A stretch of DNA of 64,000 nucleotides from a candidate division FCPU426 bacterium (GTDB taxonomy: Bacteria; Oederibacteriota; Muellerivitia; Muellerivitales; Muellerivitaceae), in assembly GCA_963771075.1 (NCBI GenBank), contig CAVYSE010000018.1, positions 32,001-96,000 of the forward strand, read 5' to 3'. Positions 21,680 to 32,162 of this stretch are shown one piece after another. Made by a program: the position numbers and the translations under genes. Every line of letters starts with the position of its first letter. The first letter of the stretch is position 1. Below the pieces are notes generated by a model that saw only the letters and a list, made by a program, of their open reading frames with translations, ran no database searches and was not told the origin of the DNA.

Positions 21680-22669
21680 ATGAAAAAAATGTCCATTTAT
21701 TGTCTGATGATTTTTTTATTCCTCGCCGCCTCCGCCAGCGCGCAAACCTTCAGGCCTTTCGGCTTAAGCCTCGACCTGAACCCCCAGGGCGCAATAGGAG
21801 CATCCGGTAAACTCGGTTTCGCCCCTGGGGTGGGGGGAAGCCTATTCGCGGATTGGCGCCCGGTCTATCTCATCTCCCTGGGAACGGGCTTTTCCTATAA
21901 CACTTTTTCCGCCGACAGTTCTTTCAGCACCGCCTCCTGGAACCTGGGCGGCCGCCTCTTTCCCATTTCCTTCGGCAAAAAGGCCGAGCTTTACCTGCAG
22001 GGCACCCTGGGAATGAATTTGATGACGGCGACTTACGAGAAAGAATGGCCCGGATCTTTCCACGGAACAGCGGGGGTGGGTTACCGGAGTTATTTCAACG
22101 AAGGGAATGCCTTGGACTTGGGGGTTCAATACGACCTTTATTCGCCGCTCAAATCGCCCATGAGCGCCATAGGCATCAAGGCGGGTTGGACATTCCTATT
22201 CGGGCCGGATCTACAGCCGGCGGGGGAATCCCGGCAACCTGAAACCAAACCGGTGGCGGCCCCGGCTCCCGAACCCAAGCCCACGCCGGAATCGGTCACA
22301 ATCCAATTAACCCCGGTGGTGAAGGCTCCCCGCCATCATCGGCCCAAGTTGAAGCAGGTGGTCGAGGCGACGCCGACCCCCGAATTCACGGCCACTCCCA
22401 CCGCCTTGCCCTATAACACCTATACCCTTTCGATGGGGGACAAACTGGGTTCCGTCGCCATCGCCTTTTACGGCGAGGCGGACCTCTATCCTCTCCTGGT
22501 GGACGCGAACAAAAAAGCACTGATCAATCCCGGCGGCTTGAAACCCGGTGTTGTCCTGCGGGTTCCCGTGGATGTTTCCGATCTGGATAAGGCCGGGGCG
22601 CGGGGCAAGGCGAATGACGATAATTACACGATTTGGGAAAACGCGGTGGTGCCTCCGTCGGGGAATTAA
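21680..22669 (+). CDS. Beta-barrel-like plus LysM-like protein, paralogue
   Basis: Aligns by eye to 19811 (FADWRP, GGRLFP, YLQG, YDLYSP, IKAG); YGEADLYPLLVDAN. Confidence 0.7.
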   Translation: MKKMSIYCLMIFLFLAASASAQTFRPFGLSLDLNPQGAIGASGKLGFAPGVGGSLFADWRPVYLISLGTGFSYNTFSADSSFSTASWNLGGRLFPISFGKKAELYLQGTLGMNLMTATYEKEWPGSFHGTAGVGYRSYFNEGNALDLGVQYDLYSPLKSPMSAIGIKAGWTFLFGPDLQPAGESRQPETKPVAAPAPEPKPTPESVTIQLTPVVKAPRHHRPKLKQVVEATPTPEFTATPTALPYNTYTLSMGDKLGSVAIAFYGEADLYPLLVDANKKALINPGGLKPGVVLRVPVDVSDLDKAGARGKANDDNYTIWENAVVPPSGN

Positions 22670-22805
22670 CATGAAGTTTTCATTGCCATAGGCCAAATGG
22701 CCTGATGATTGTTGTTCTTTTAGAGTTTTTTTAGTGGTCTCAGAATTTTGTCTTTGGGTGCTTGGCGGTAAAAGTACAGAGTTTAAATTTATATAGGGGG
22801 TCGAC

Positions 22806-23774
22806 GTGCTTTCTTATAAGGTGAGCCTTACGAATTTCAGGTTAATCGTTTTATCCATATTTTTCCTCATCGCAACGCAAACATGGGCTTTGGATGGGTC
22901 CTTAGCGATCCAGGGAGGCGTCGCCCAAGCCTTTCAATCCAACGGCAATTCTCTCCCCTCCAATTTCGGTCCGACGGGCTACGCTTATTTGGATTTCAAC
23001 CTCGATCCCTCTTTCTCCTTGGGCTTGGGCACGGGCCTGACGGGCCTCATGAACGGCGACCCGCGCTTGTGGGTGGATGGCACCCTTTTGCAGGGGCGCT
23101 GGTCACCCTGGGCCGGTTCCTCCTGGTCTCCTTACCTGATGGCGGGTTTTGGGTTCCGCCCCCTGCGTGACTTGATGCCCCAGCATAGTTGGTGGGATGG
23201 CAACTACCAGGGCGCGGCGGGAATTGGGCTACGCCATAACCTCATGCAGGGTATGGACCTGGACCTGACCCTGTTTTATGACATCAACTCGCCCCAACCC
23301 GACCCCTTGAACCAGGTCGGCATTAGGGCGGGGTTTGCCTTTCCTTTTGGTTCGGAATCGGCCCAGGCCGTGGCGACCCAGCCTGTAACCGCCCAAGGTG
23401 GGTCCAACCTAGTAAGAATGAGTGAAACGGAAACCACACAGCCGGAAACGGCCCAGGCAGAAACTGTGGTAGAAGCAAAGAGTCATCAAGTCTCCTCTTC
23501 CAACAATGAATCCAAAACGAATGGGGGCAGTGGCGCTCAAGCGGATGAAAGCCAAAAGTCGGGGGAGAAACCGGGCGCGGAAGCGCCTGACCAGCAATAT
23601 GTGGTGAAAAAGGGGGACTGCCTTTGGCTAATTTCACGCCACGCATACGGCCATGGCGCGCGCTGGAAAAAGATCTTTGACGCCAACGGCGATGCTATTA
23701 CCAACCCCGATTTAATCTATCCAGGCGATAGCCTTTTGATCCCGGACGGTATTAATAGAGAGGATAAAGACTAG
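22806..23774 (+). CDS. Beta-barrel-like plus canonical LysM protein
   Basis: YVVKKGDCLWLIS..YG..W..I..AN..I.NPDLIYPG. Confidence 0.8.
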   Translation: MLSYKVSLTNFRLIVLSIFFLIATQTWALDGSLAIQGGVAQAFQSNGNSLPSNFGPTGYAYLDFNLDPSFSLGLGTGLTGLMNGDPRLWVDGTLLQGRWSPWAGSSWSPYLMAGFGFRPLRDLMPQHSWWDGNYQGAAGIGLRHNLMQGMDLDLTLFYDINSPQPDPLNQVGIRAGFAFPFGSESAQAVATQPVTAQGGSNLVRMSETETTQPETAQAETVVEAKSHQVSSSNNESKTNGGSGAQADESQKSGEKPGAEAPDQQYVVKKGDCLWLISRHAYGHGARWKKIFDANGDAITNPDLIYPGDSLLIPDGINREDKD

Positions 23775-23956
23775 GGGTGGGGTTTCATTGATAGGATTAC
23801 CCCATGACGGTTTATAATTTGCTTGGATTTAAAGGCAAATCGGGGCTCTTAGCGATAAAATAAAAGGAATTCGGTAAATAACAAGTACTCACCGCGAAGA
23901 CGCGAAGAACACAAAGAAAACGTGGATTTGGTTGAAAGAAATGGCATGGTGAAATC

Positions 23957-24751
23957 TTGGAGGTTTTGCAGACGATGAATCAACATCTTAACAACGCACA
24001 AAAAAAAGCAGCAGGCTTCATTGTCCTACAACTCATCCTGGCCATGATCTTCGCCCCGGTGGTACCGGCCTGGGCGGTGGAGGCGGCGAAAGATAAAACC
24101 ACCCAATCGGCGAAGGCTGAGTCCACTTCCCTTGAAAGCGACTACCCTCAATTGGTCATCGGCCCAGGTGACTTGCTGGTAATACAGGTCTATGGGGAAA
24201 ACGCCTCGACCTTCGGCAGTTCCGCCGCGGGCTCAAGTATCAACACACAATTGCCGACTAGCTACCAGGTGGACACGGAAGGGGTCATCGTATTTCCATT
24301 TTTAGGACGCGTGAAATTGGCGGGCCTGACGCCCACCGAGGCTAGTGAAAAGATCGCGATGTTGCTTTCCAAACCCCGCAAGGTGACGGTGCTCATCCAG
24401 ACCTCCAATACCTATTGGGTGTCGATCATGGGCAATGTGGCCCGGCCGGGCAAGTACCAGATCTTGGGACGGCCCACGGTCTTGTCGGCCCTGGCGGAAG
24501 CGGGTGGCCCCCTGCCTGGTTCGGACTTGGGTGGAACGATTCTTTTGCACAACGACAATCGAATCAAGTTGGATTTCAATGCCTATTTCACGGGTGAAGG
24601 AAAGATCGAAAAAGAGCCTTATCTTTATCCAGGAGACGTTTTGATGATCCAGAGAAGCCCATGGCCCGACTTGGGAAGTATCGCTATCGTGGCTTCCATC
24701 CTGGCCAGCGCGGCCATAGTGACGGTTGAATTGAGCAATCTGCATCATTGA
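23957..24751 (+). CDS. wza: Polysaccharide export protein (Poly_export + SLBB)
   Basis: IGPGDLL, G.I.FPFLG.V..AGLT, G.V.RPGKY, LYPGD; directly upstream of wzc. Confidence 0.85.
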   Translation: MEVLQTMNQHLNNAQKKAAGFIVLQLILAMIFAPVVPAWAVEAAKDKTTQSAKAESTSLESDYPQLVIGPGDLLVIQVYGENASTFGSSAAGSSINTQLPTSYQVDTEGVIVFPFLGRVKLAGLTPTEASEKIAMLLSKPRKVTVLIQTSNTYWVSIMGNVARPGKYQILGRPTVLSALAEAGGPLPGSDLGGTILLHNDNRIKLDFNAYFTGEGKIEKEPYLYPGDVLMIQRSPWPDLGSIAIVASILASAAIVTVELSNLHH

Positions 24752-24769
24752 AAAATAGGAAAAACTAAC

Positions 24770-26482
24770 ATGGAATTGAATAACATGAATGTTTCCCAAG
24801 ATCTAATTGTTACGAATAGTTCCGCTTTTAGTGATGACCAGGAACTTAACCTACGTGACGTTTTACGGGTGGTTCTTTCACATTCCAGGTTCATAGGATT
24901 GGTGACGCTAAGTGCAATCACTTTGGCATTACTTTACGCCTTCTTCTGGCCCAAAACCTACGAAGCCACCACGACCGTCAAGGTACCTGACATGTCCCAA
25001 AGCGCCCAGGGTATGTTGCGTCAGCTTGTTCCCTCGTCCAGCGGTGATCCCGTAGAAACCTATGTTCAAATCTGCCGATCCGAATCGGTGGCTACCCAAG
25101 TGGTAAAAGAGTTAAATCTATCAGCTCGACCCGAATATGGACATTTGACAGAGACTCAGCTTAAACAAACCCTTCCCAATTCCTTAACCATCACAAACGT
25201 ACTAAAAACAAATATTATTTCAATTTCCGCTCGTTCGGGCGATCCCAAGCTCGCCGCTGATCTTGCCAATAGTTGGGCCCAGGCCTTTATCGATGTCAAT
25301 TTGGACCTTTCCCATAAGGGGGCCGAGTCCAAAAGGGAATTCCTTGAAGGCCAGGCCAAAGAGATGAAAGAACGACTCACCAACCCGGATCTTCGGTTGA
25401 ACGACGAGTCCAAGGCCGATGAGATCATCTACGCCCAGCTTTTGCAGGCCCTTCAGCAAGCCCAGATTGAGTCCAAGGTTAATGACGCGGGTATCGTGGT
25501 GGTGGATAACGCGGTGGTTCCCGAACACCCGATTTCTCCCAAAAAAACCAGATCCCTTTTACTAGGACTTCTTCTGGGACTCTTAATCGGCATACAAGGC
25601 GCTTTTTTATTGGAAAAATTCCAGGATCGAGTTAAGAACGAAGATCTTTTCAAACGTGTCACGGGTCTCCCGCTTTTTGGCATTGTGCCGGATTTCCGTG
25701 AGGATTACCCCGAAGGTATGGGCTTACCTGAAACCCAAGAAAGGTTCAGCCCGAAATATCTCATCATTAACCCCATATTCAAACATTCGTTTTATCATGA
25801 GAGTTTTAACATCCTTCGGACAAACCTTACCTTTGCCCAGGCGGGCAAACCCCTAAAGGCGTTGGGGGTATTTTCCCCGGGCCCCGAGGAAGGTAAGACG
25901 CTGGTCAACGCAAACCTTTCATTAGCTTTAGCCCAGATCGGCAAAAGGGTCTTGTTGGTGGACGCGGACTTGAGAAAGTCATCGGTTCGAAAGATCTTTG
26001 GGCTCGAAAACGGTATGGAAACCGGCTTGCCCCTGGCCCTCACTGGCCAAAAACCATGGAAAGACATGGTGAGGCCTTCAGGGGTGGAAAATCTCGACCT
26101 CCTACCCAATACCGTTAATCCGCCCAACCCCGCCGAGCTTTTGGGAAGCCCGACCATGAAAATGCTCATTGAGGAGATGAAGGAAAAGTATGATTTCCTG
26201 GTATTCGATGGAGCTCCCGTATTGGCGGTGACCGATTCGGTCGTCCTTTCCACCCTTTTAGACGGGGTGGTAGTGATGGCACGATTTAACCTAAGCCGGT
26301 CTTCAAATATTTATCGAGCCATAGAACATTTACGCCGGGTCCGAACCAATGTGGTGGGCACGATTTTGAATTATGTGCCGATGAGAAAAAGTCTCTACAG
26401 TTATGGCTATGGGTATGGTTATGGGTATGGTTACGGCAAATACAAATACGCGTATAAAGAAGAACCCAAAAAAGACCGTTAA
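24770..26482 (+). CDS. wzc: Polysaccharide co-polymerase / BY tyrosine kinase
   Basis: Wzz-like N-terminus, Walker A GPEEGKT, VDADLR, C-terminal Tyr cluster YSYGYGYGYGYGKYKY. Confidence 0.92.
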   Translation: MELNNMNVSQDLIVTNSSAFSDDQELNLRDVLRVVLSHSRFIGLVTLSAITLALLYAFFWPKTYEATTTVKVPDMSQSAQGMLRQLVPSSSGDPVETYVQICRSESVATQVVKELNLSARPEYGHLTETQLKQTLPNSLTITNVLKTNIISISARSGDPKLAADLANSWAQAFIDVNLDLSHKGAESKREFLEGQAKEMKERLTNPDLRLNDESKADEIIYAQLLQALQQAQIESKVNDAGIVVVDNAVVPEHPISPKKTRSLLLGLLLGLLIGIQGAFLLEKFQDRVKNEDLFKRVTGLPLFGIVPDFREDYPEGMGLPETQERFSPKYLIINPIFKHSFYHESFNILRTNLTFAQAGKPLKALGVFSPGPEEGKTLVNANLSLALAQIGKRVLLVDADLRKSSVRKIFGLENGMETGLPLALTGQKPWKDMVRPSGVENLDLLPNTVNPPNPAELLGSPTMKMLIEEMKEKYDFLVFDGAPVLAVTDSVVLSTLLDGVVVMARFNLSRSSNIYRAIEHLRRVRTNVVGTILNYVPMRKSLYSYGYGYGYGYGYGKYKYAYKEEPKKDR

Positions 26483-26485
26483 AAA

Positions 26486-28093
26486 ATGACGACTTTACCC
26501 CTCCATTTGATTTTTTTCCTTTCCCTTGGTTTGAGCTTAATTTTTACGCCTTTATTTATAATCTTGGCTAGGCGTCTCAAGATCGTAGATCAGCCGGCAC
26601 ACCGTAAAATACATAAAGAACCTGTTTCTTATTTGGGTGGTATCGCGATTTTTTTATCTTTGATATTTTCTGTGGCGACGGTCTTCTTTTTTTATCCCGA
26701 TTTAAGTAATTCCATTACTTCGGGCGGATATTTGAAGCTCGTCTTTATCCTGGGACCCACTTTTGGTATCACCCTGGTCGGCCTTTGGGACGACATTAAG
26801 GACATCAGTCCACGTTACAAATTCATGGGCCAACTCTTATTTGTATTGGCCATCGCTTTTTTCGGATTTCGGTTTGAAGTGATTCATTTGCCGGGCCTAT
26901 CGCCCGTGAGCATGAGCTTATTAAGCGTACCCGTGACGGTTTTTTGGATCCTATCGGTTGTTACTGCTTTCAATATGGTTGATGGTGTCGACGGTCTTGC
27001 GTCCAGTTTAATGATAGGATCATTAACCCTTTTGGCAGGGGCTTCCGCCCTATTAGGCAACCGCCTCGAGCTGATGCTTTCTTTGGGAGGTTTGGGTGCG
27101 GTTTTGGGCTTTATCCCTTTTAATTGGAAACCTGCCAAAATTTACCTGGGAGACGCGGGTTCCTCGGGGATGGGCATGTTTTTGGCTTGTTCGTTAGTCG
27201 CCTTGGGACAGGATTATGGGGTACCCTATTCGTCCAAAAGCACACCTTATTTTGGTCAACCGTTTTATTATCAAATCCTCATCGTCACTTTGATCGTGGC
27301 TTATCCGGCCATGGAGATCATCCTTTCCGTCACCCGGCGCATGGTCAGGGGCAAACCAATCTGGCGGGCGGATAAGGGACATATCCACCACCGTTTGAAA
27401 ATTTTGGGATGGAAAGCCCCGTCGATATGTCTCTTTGCCCTGGGGCTCTCCTTGCTTCCCGGTCTAGCCGCTTTTTCCATCATCGCCCAATACCACGGCT
27501 GGGCTGCGGTTTGTTTGCTCCTATATGGAATGGTCTTAGGCGTGACCCTGCCCGCGCTTGGTTTTTTCGACATCTTCAAACCCCACCTCATTGAGCGATT
27601 GAAACCCCATTACCAGATCGCCCACCATTTCATCGCCATGCAAAAGATCAAGCTAGACCTGGCGAAGAACCGTGAGAATGTCTTAACCCTGGTGGGCCAA
27701 ACCTGCCACGAATTGGGTGTGAAGGGCATCCATATCCTGGTTCTGCCCGACGAGCGCCAGAGGGGTGGTCTCGATTTTTGCCACGGGACCCATTCGGTAA
27801 GGTTGGGGGCCCTCTCGAAAGAGCCAAAAGGGACTTTCGATAAATTGAGACTTCCGAAGGGACAGGGCGGGGCGGAATGGATGTTCGAGCCCAAGGCCGT
27901 TGAGGAAGAACTGGATGTGGAATACAAGGTATTGGTCAGCGAATTCATTAAAGAAGTCATGGAAACTCTTCTTCGGATGGGTCATAACGAACCGACCCTT
28001 GAATATTCGGACCTGTCGGATTCAATGACCTTTTCTCACGACCATGTCAGCGGCCATTCTTTACGGAAAGGTTCCAGCGCCAAGTTGAATTAA
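26486..28093 (+). CDS. WecA/MraY-family (PNPT) initiating transferase with C-terminal extension
   Basis: GLWDD, NMVDGVDGL, IYLGDAGS, HIHH motifs. Confidence 0.9.
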   Translation: MTTLPLHLIFFLSLGLSLIFTPLFIILARRLKIVDQPAHRKIHKEPVSYLGGIAIFLSLIFSVATVFFFYPDLSNSITSGGYLKLVFILGPTFGITLVGLWDDIKDISPRYKFMGQLLFVLAIAFFGFRFEVIHLPGLSPVSMSLLSVPVTVFWILSVVTAFNMVDGVDGLASSLMIGSLTLLAGASALLGNRLELMLSLGGLGAVLGFIPFNWKPAKIYLGDAGSSGMGMFLACSLVALGQDYGVPYSSKSTPYFGQPFYYQILIVTLIVAYPAMEIILSVTRRMVRGKPIWRADKGHIHHRLKILGWKAPSICLFALGLSLLPGLAAFSIIAQYHGWAAVCLLLYGMVLGVTLPALGFFDIFKPHLIERLKPHYQIAHHFIAMQKIKLDLAKNRENVLTLVGQTCHELGVKGIHILVLPDERQRGGLDFCHGTHSVRLGALSKEPKGTFDKLRLPKGQGGAEWMFEPKAVEEELDVEYKVLVSEFIKEVMETLLRMGHNEPTLEYSDLSDSMTFSHDHVSGHSLRKGSSAKLN

Positions 28094-28264
28094 GGCAGGC
28101 CGGTAGACATGGCGATGGAAATTTGAGCAGGGATGGGTAGAATGTCCGGAACAATGCCGGTGTATAAACTTTTTATGAACTCCCTTTCTGATACCCCTCA
28201 ATAAATTTTTTAAATTCTTTCTCCTTTAAATATTCCAAGCCCGGTCACTTATTCCTTTTTTTCT

Positions 28265-28281
28265 GGGGGGGGGGGGGGGGG
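28265..28281 (+). repeat. G17 homopolymer
   Basis: 17 consecutive G in AT-rich intergenic DNA. Confidence 0.9.
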
Positions 28282-28353
28282 AATACTGAAAACTTTAAAA
28301 AAATTTTTGGCTTAGGTTATAAAAGTCCCGAGTTTTTGTTTTCTGAAGGAATC

Positions 28354-28710
28354 ATGGAAAAAATTTCAGTTCACATTACCGGCCATGCCCAAAATAAAGA
28401 CATCACCCTGCTTTCCGTGAAGGGGCATATCGACACCCTCACCGCCCCGGAACTAGAAAAAAAGCTCCTTTCGGCGTTGACGGATAAAAAATTTAAATTA
28501 ATCGTCGACTTGAATGAGGTTGATTATATCAGCAGCGCGGGTTGGGGTATTTTTATCAGCGAGATCAAACATATTCGCGGACAAAAAGGGGATTTGGTGC
28601 TTGTGGGAATGAAATCCGAGGTCTCGGAAGTGTTCGAGCTTCTGGAATTTAACAGTATTATGAAGTCATTCCCCGATGTCGAAAGCGCGATCAAAAAGAG
28701 TTTTAGTTGA
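28354..28710 (+). CDS. STAS-domain anti-sigma-factor antagonist
   Basis: G.ID..TAP.L, VDYISSAG; AAGGA RBS before ATG 28354. Confidence 0.92.
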   Translation: MEKISVHITGHAQNKDITLLSVKGHIDTLTAPELEKKLLSALTDKKFKLIVDLNEVDYISSAGWGIFISEIKHIRGQKGDLVLVGMKSEVSEVFELLEFNSIMKSFPDVESAIKKSFS

Positions 28711-28784
28711 ATGAGGCACTGAGGAAACATCCGACGCTTTTTAACTCATTTTGAAGGTTCAATCCTAAGTGCGGGAGATTTTTT

Positions 28785-29465
28785 ATGAAAGGTTTCACCG
28801 GTTTTTGTTTCGGTTGTTGTTTTATGATGCTGCCATTGGTCGTTTCCGCCGGAGAATCCTTCGACGGCTTTTGGGATTTTTCAGCCCAGGGCGCCTTGGG
28901 CTACGGGCTTAGCGGGAAGGGGAATGGAATTGAAGGAGGGCTCTCTCTTTCGTTGGAACGCAGGCTGATTAAGGAATTGTCGCTTGGACTTGAGACTGGT
29001 TTTTTCGGGACCGGTGCGAATGGCGGTTTTTTCGCCGACTCGTTGGATTTAATGGGACATGTTTTTCCCTTTCCTGACAAAAAAGATAATTGAACTCCCT
29101 TTTTGGCCGGGGGAGCGGGTTACCGGCCCTTATACGGCTTAGACAACGCCTGGAAAGGCGAATTCAACGCATACGGTGGAGTGGGTGTGAGAAAGCCGTT
29201 AGATTCCTCGATGTCGCTTGACTTGGGGGTTAATTACCAATTTTTTACCCCGGTGAGCAGTCCTTTCCAAGCCATTGAAGCGCGGTTCGGTTTGGTTTGG
29301 TCCTTTGGGAAAGCGAAACCGAACTCCACTTCCCAATTGAAACCGCAAATCAAGACGTCGACCACGACTACAATCACAACCACCACAACCCTCACCAAGA
29401 CCCGAACCAAGGCTAAGACACATTCACAAACCCAGATGTCGACCCCGATCCCAGTAAATCATTGA
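28785..29465 (+). pseudogene. Fourth beta-barrel paralogue split by one in-frame TGA
   Basis: ORFs 28785-29093 and 29103-29465 share a frame; DN*TPFLAGG aligns to SSWSPYLMAG of 22806. Confidence 0.75.
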
Positions 29466-29637
29466 GGAAAAGCGGATTGATTGAACAAAAGACCGCATCA
29501 TCTAAAAATCTTGCTGAGAAAAAGTTCAAAAAAGTCCTAAAGGAATCAGTGAAAAAAATATAAGTTTTGATTTTGAAATAAGATGTTAACTGCCTAATCT
29601 CTAACTTATATTTCCGAATTTAAGTACTTGGTGCCCA

Positions 29638-31236
29638 ATGAAATCTTTCCAACTTCAACTCATCTTCCTCGGCTCTCTGGTCTTGTCCCTTACTTTGACG
29701 CCTCTCTTCACCCGACTCGCCCGGCACTGGGGGCTCGTGGACCGTCCGGCCCACCGGAAAACACATAAAGAACCCGTTCCTTACCTGGGAGGGGTAGCTC
29801 TTTTTACCTCCGTCATCCTTGTTTCCTTCCTCGTTTTCGGCCTGGGCTTGTATTTGGGACAACCCCTAATCAACCGGGGTTTCTTTAAAGCCCTTTTTAT
29901 CCTGGGTGCCACCCTTGGAATGGTGCTGGTGGGTTTATGGGACGATGTTAAAAATATTCGGCCTCGTTATAAGTTGATCGGACAGGTTCTGTTGGCCCTC
30001 TTCTTCACCCTTTTCGGTTTTTCCTTCCAAATCCTGCACTTGCCGGGACTGCCGCCGGTGCACTTGGGGCTTCTTTGCGTGCCCGTGACAGTCTTTTGGA
30101 TCGTCTCGATAGTCAACGCCTTCAATATGATTGACGGTGTGGATGGTCTGGCGGCGACTGTTGGCGCCGGTTCCCTCATTCTTTTGGCGGTGGCCTCCGC
30201 CTTGGTGGGGAACGGCATGGAATTGTTGTTGGCGGTGACTGTCCTGGGTGCGGTCATTGGATTCCTGGTTTATAACTGGAAGCCTGCAAAGATTTACCTG
30301 GGTGACGCTGGTTCGGGGGGATTAGGCATGTTCTTGGCCTGCGCCTTGGTGGCCTTGGGACAAACCTATGGACAATCTTCCTCCGATCCTGAGGCAAGAA
30401 GTTTGGGCCAGCCTTTCTTTTACCAGATCCTCATCGTCACCCTCCTTCTCGCCTATCCGGCCTTGGAAATAATCTTGTCCGTGGCCCGCCGTCTTTTCCA
30501 TGGACGTCCCATTTCCAGCGCCGACCGGGGGCACATCCATCATCGTTTGCTCAAGGCCGGATGGCGCTCCAAGGGCGTTTGCCTGACGGCGTTGCTTTTG
30601 ACCCTCCTGCCGGGCATGGGCGCCCTTGCCACAATTGCCAACTACCACGGTTTGGCCACCTGGCTTCTGTCCATCTATGGTGTCATCCTCGGCTTGGGCC
30701 TTTCCAACCTGGGCTTCCTCGACTTCCTTAACCCAAAAGTAGTGGAACGCTTAAAGCCCCATTACCAGATCGCCCATTATTTTATTTCCATGCAAAAGCT
30801 TAAACTCACCCTGGTGGCAACCCGGGAAGACGTCCTGACCCTCGTCAACAAGGCCTGCCAGGAGATGGGAGTGAAAAGCTACCGGCTCATCGTGAGGGCG
30901 GACGAAAAAAGGAAGGGTGGTTTGGACTATACCTACCAATGGGACCCGGCCCGCCAACCGGGGACGGAGGGGGACATTGCCGGTTCCACGGATAGCGTCC
31001 GTCTTCCGGGAGGTTTGGGTGGGGCGGAGTGGGTGTTCGCCCCCCCCACCGATGAGGAAGAACTGGATATGGAATACCGTGTTCTTATCAGCGAATTCAT
31101 GAGGGAAGCCCTCCGAGCCGCCTTGCGATTGGGCAAACACAAGGCCACCCTCGAAATACCCAGCGTCGCGGCCTTATCGGCCAGGACTATCAGCGGACAC
31201 CACTTGCGCAAGCGCCATACCGCGAAGCTGAATTAA
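29638..31236 (+). CDS. WecA/MraY-family transferase, paralogue 2
   Basis: Same motifs as 26486; colinear to the final AKLN. Confidence 0.9.
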   Translation: MKSFQLQLIFLGSLVLSLTLTPLFTRLARHWGLVDRPAHRKTHKEPVPYLGGVALFTSVILVSFLVFGLGLYLGQPLINRGFFKALFILGATLGMVLVGLWDDVKNIRPRYKLIGQVLLALFFTLFGFSFQILHLPGLPPVHLGLLCVPVTVFWIVSIVNAFNMIDGVDGLAATVGAGSLILLAVASALVGNGMELLLAVTVLGAVIGFLVYNWKPAKIYLGDAGSGGLGMFLACALVALGQTYGQSSSDPEARSLGQPFFYQILIVTLLLAYPALEIILSVARRLFHGRPISSADRGHIHHRLLKAGWRSKGVCLTALLLTLLPGMGALATIANYHGLATWLLSIYGVILGLGLSNLGFLDFLNPKVVERLKPHYQIAHYFISMQKLKLTLVATREDVLTLVNKACQEMGVKSYRLIVRADEKRKGGLDYTYQWDPARQPGTEGDIAGSTDSVRLPGGLGGAEWVFAPPTDEEELDMEYRVLISEFMREALRAALRLGKHKATLEIPSVAALSARTISGHHLRKRHTAKLN

Positions 31237-31404
31237 GGTAAGGAAAACGGGAAATGGATCATGGGGCCTAGGATTACACTGACACCCCCCTACCGGGCGA
31301 TTATTTCAGTAGAATGAGGCTTATCGGGGATCAACAGAAATAGAAAGCGGGCATCAGGTTTTTGTATGTTTAGAATAAGGTTTTAAAATAACCAGGAATA
31401 AAAA

Positions 31405-31596
31405 ATGGAAAAAAATGACAGGCTATTGCCCCGTTTAAAAAACTTATTTGGGAATGCTGTTATTATTTTGGTTTATGTCGCATTTTTCCCTTTTGTGTGT
31501 TTTTTGTTTTTGGTTTTGTTGATTATTTATTCTTTCTCTCTTTTAAGACCTAAGAAAGAACCCTCCTATAGTGGGTTCGACGATTCATACTTCTAA
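31405..31596 (+). CDS. Small membrane protein
   Basis: AGGA RBS; one long hydrophobic stretch. Confidence 0.4.
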   Translation: MEKNDRLLPRLKNLFGNAVIILVYVAFFPFVCFLFLVLLIIYSFSLLRPKKEPSYSGFDDSYF

Positions 31597-32162
31597 GTCC
31601 GGATGATAATTGGGTCCTCAAGGATGACCATCTGCTTTCGGCCTTGATGAATAAGTTCCACTAGGCGAAAATGAAGAACAGAAAAGTGAGGATTCCTTAT
31701 TTTTTATAAGTTTGGCCCCCTGTTTAAAAGGGACTTTCGTCAAAACCACTAGTTGAGACGAGAGGTTCCATGATTTCTATCGCCCTTGGCCGCGCAAATG
31801 GCCGACGTGTAGGTGTTCCGCGCCTATTGATAAAGAGGCTTGGCGCAAAAATGAGACTGCCGAAAGTAGGGCGAGTAGTGAGCGACCATAAGGAGTCGAA
31901 TCATTGAAGTCGGCGAGGATGGAAGGTCGAAAAATGGATAATGTTGGCCTGACCCTTTTTTCTCACGGGGCGCTGAAGAAGATCGCTTCCCTCAAGCACA
32001 ATAAACGCGAGATGAATTCCAAGATCGTCTCATTGTTGCCCGACCATGCCTCTTCCACGAGGCTTCATGCCGAGAGGTATGTCTTGGGTGTATTGGCGCC
32101 AATGCCAAAGGGCTTAGTTCCAGCTTCCTGCGCAGGCGACACGAAAAGGGAAAATAGACAAA

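Noticed and set aside
29091..29093. TGA recoded as Trp or Sec
   Set aside because: TGA ends ordinary genes here (for example at 1196, 24751, 37215); the context is not a redox Cys position
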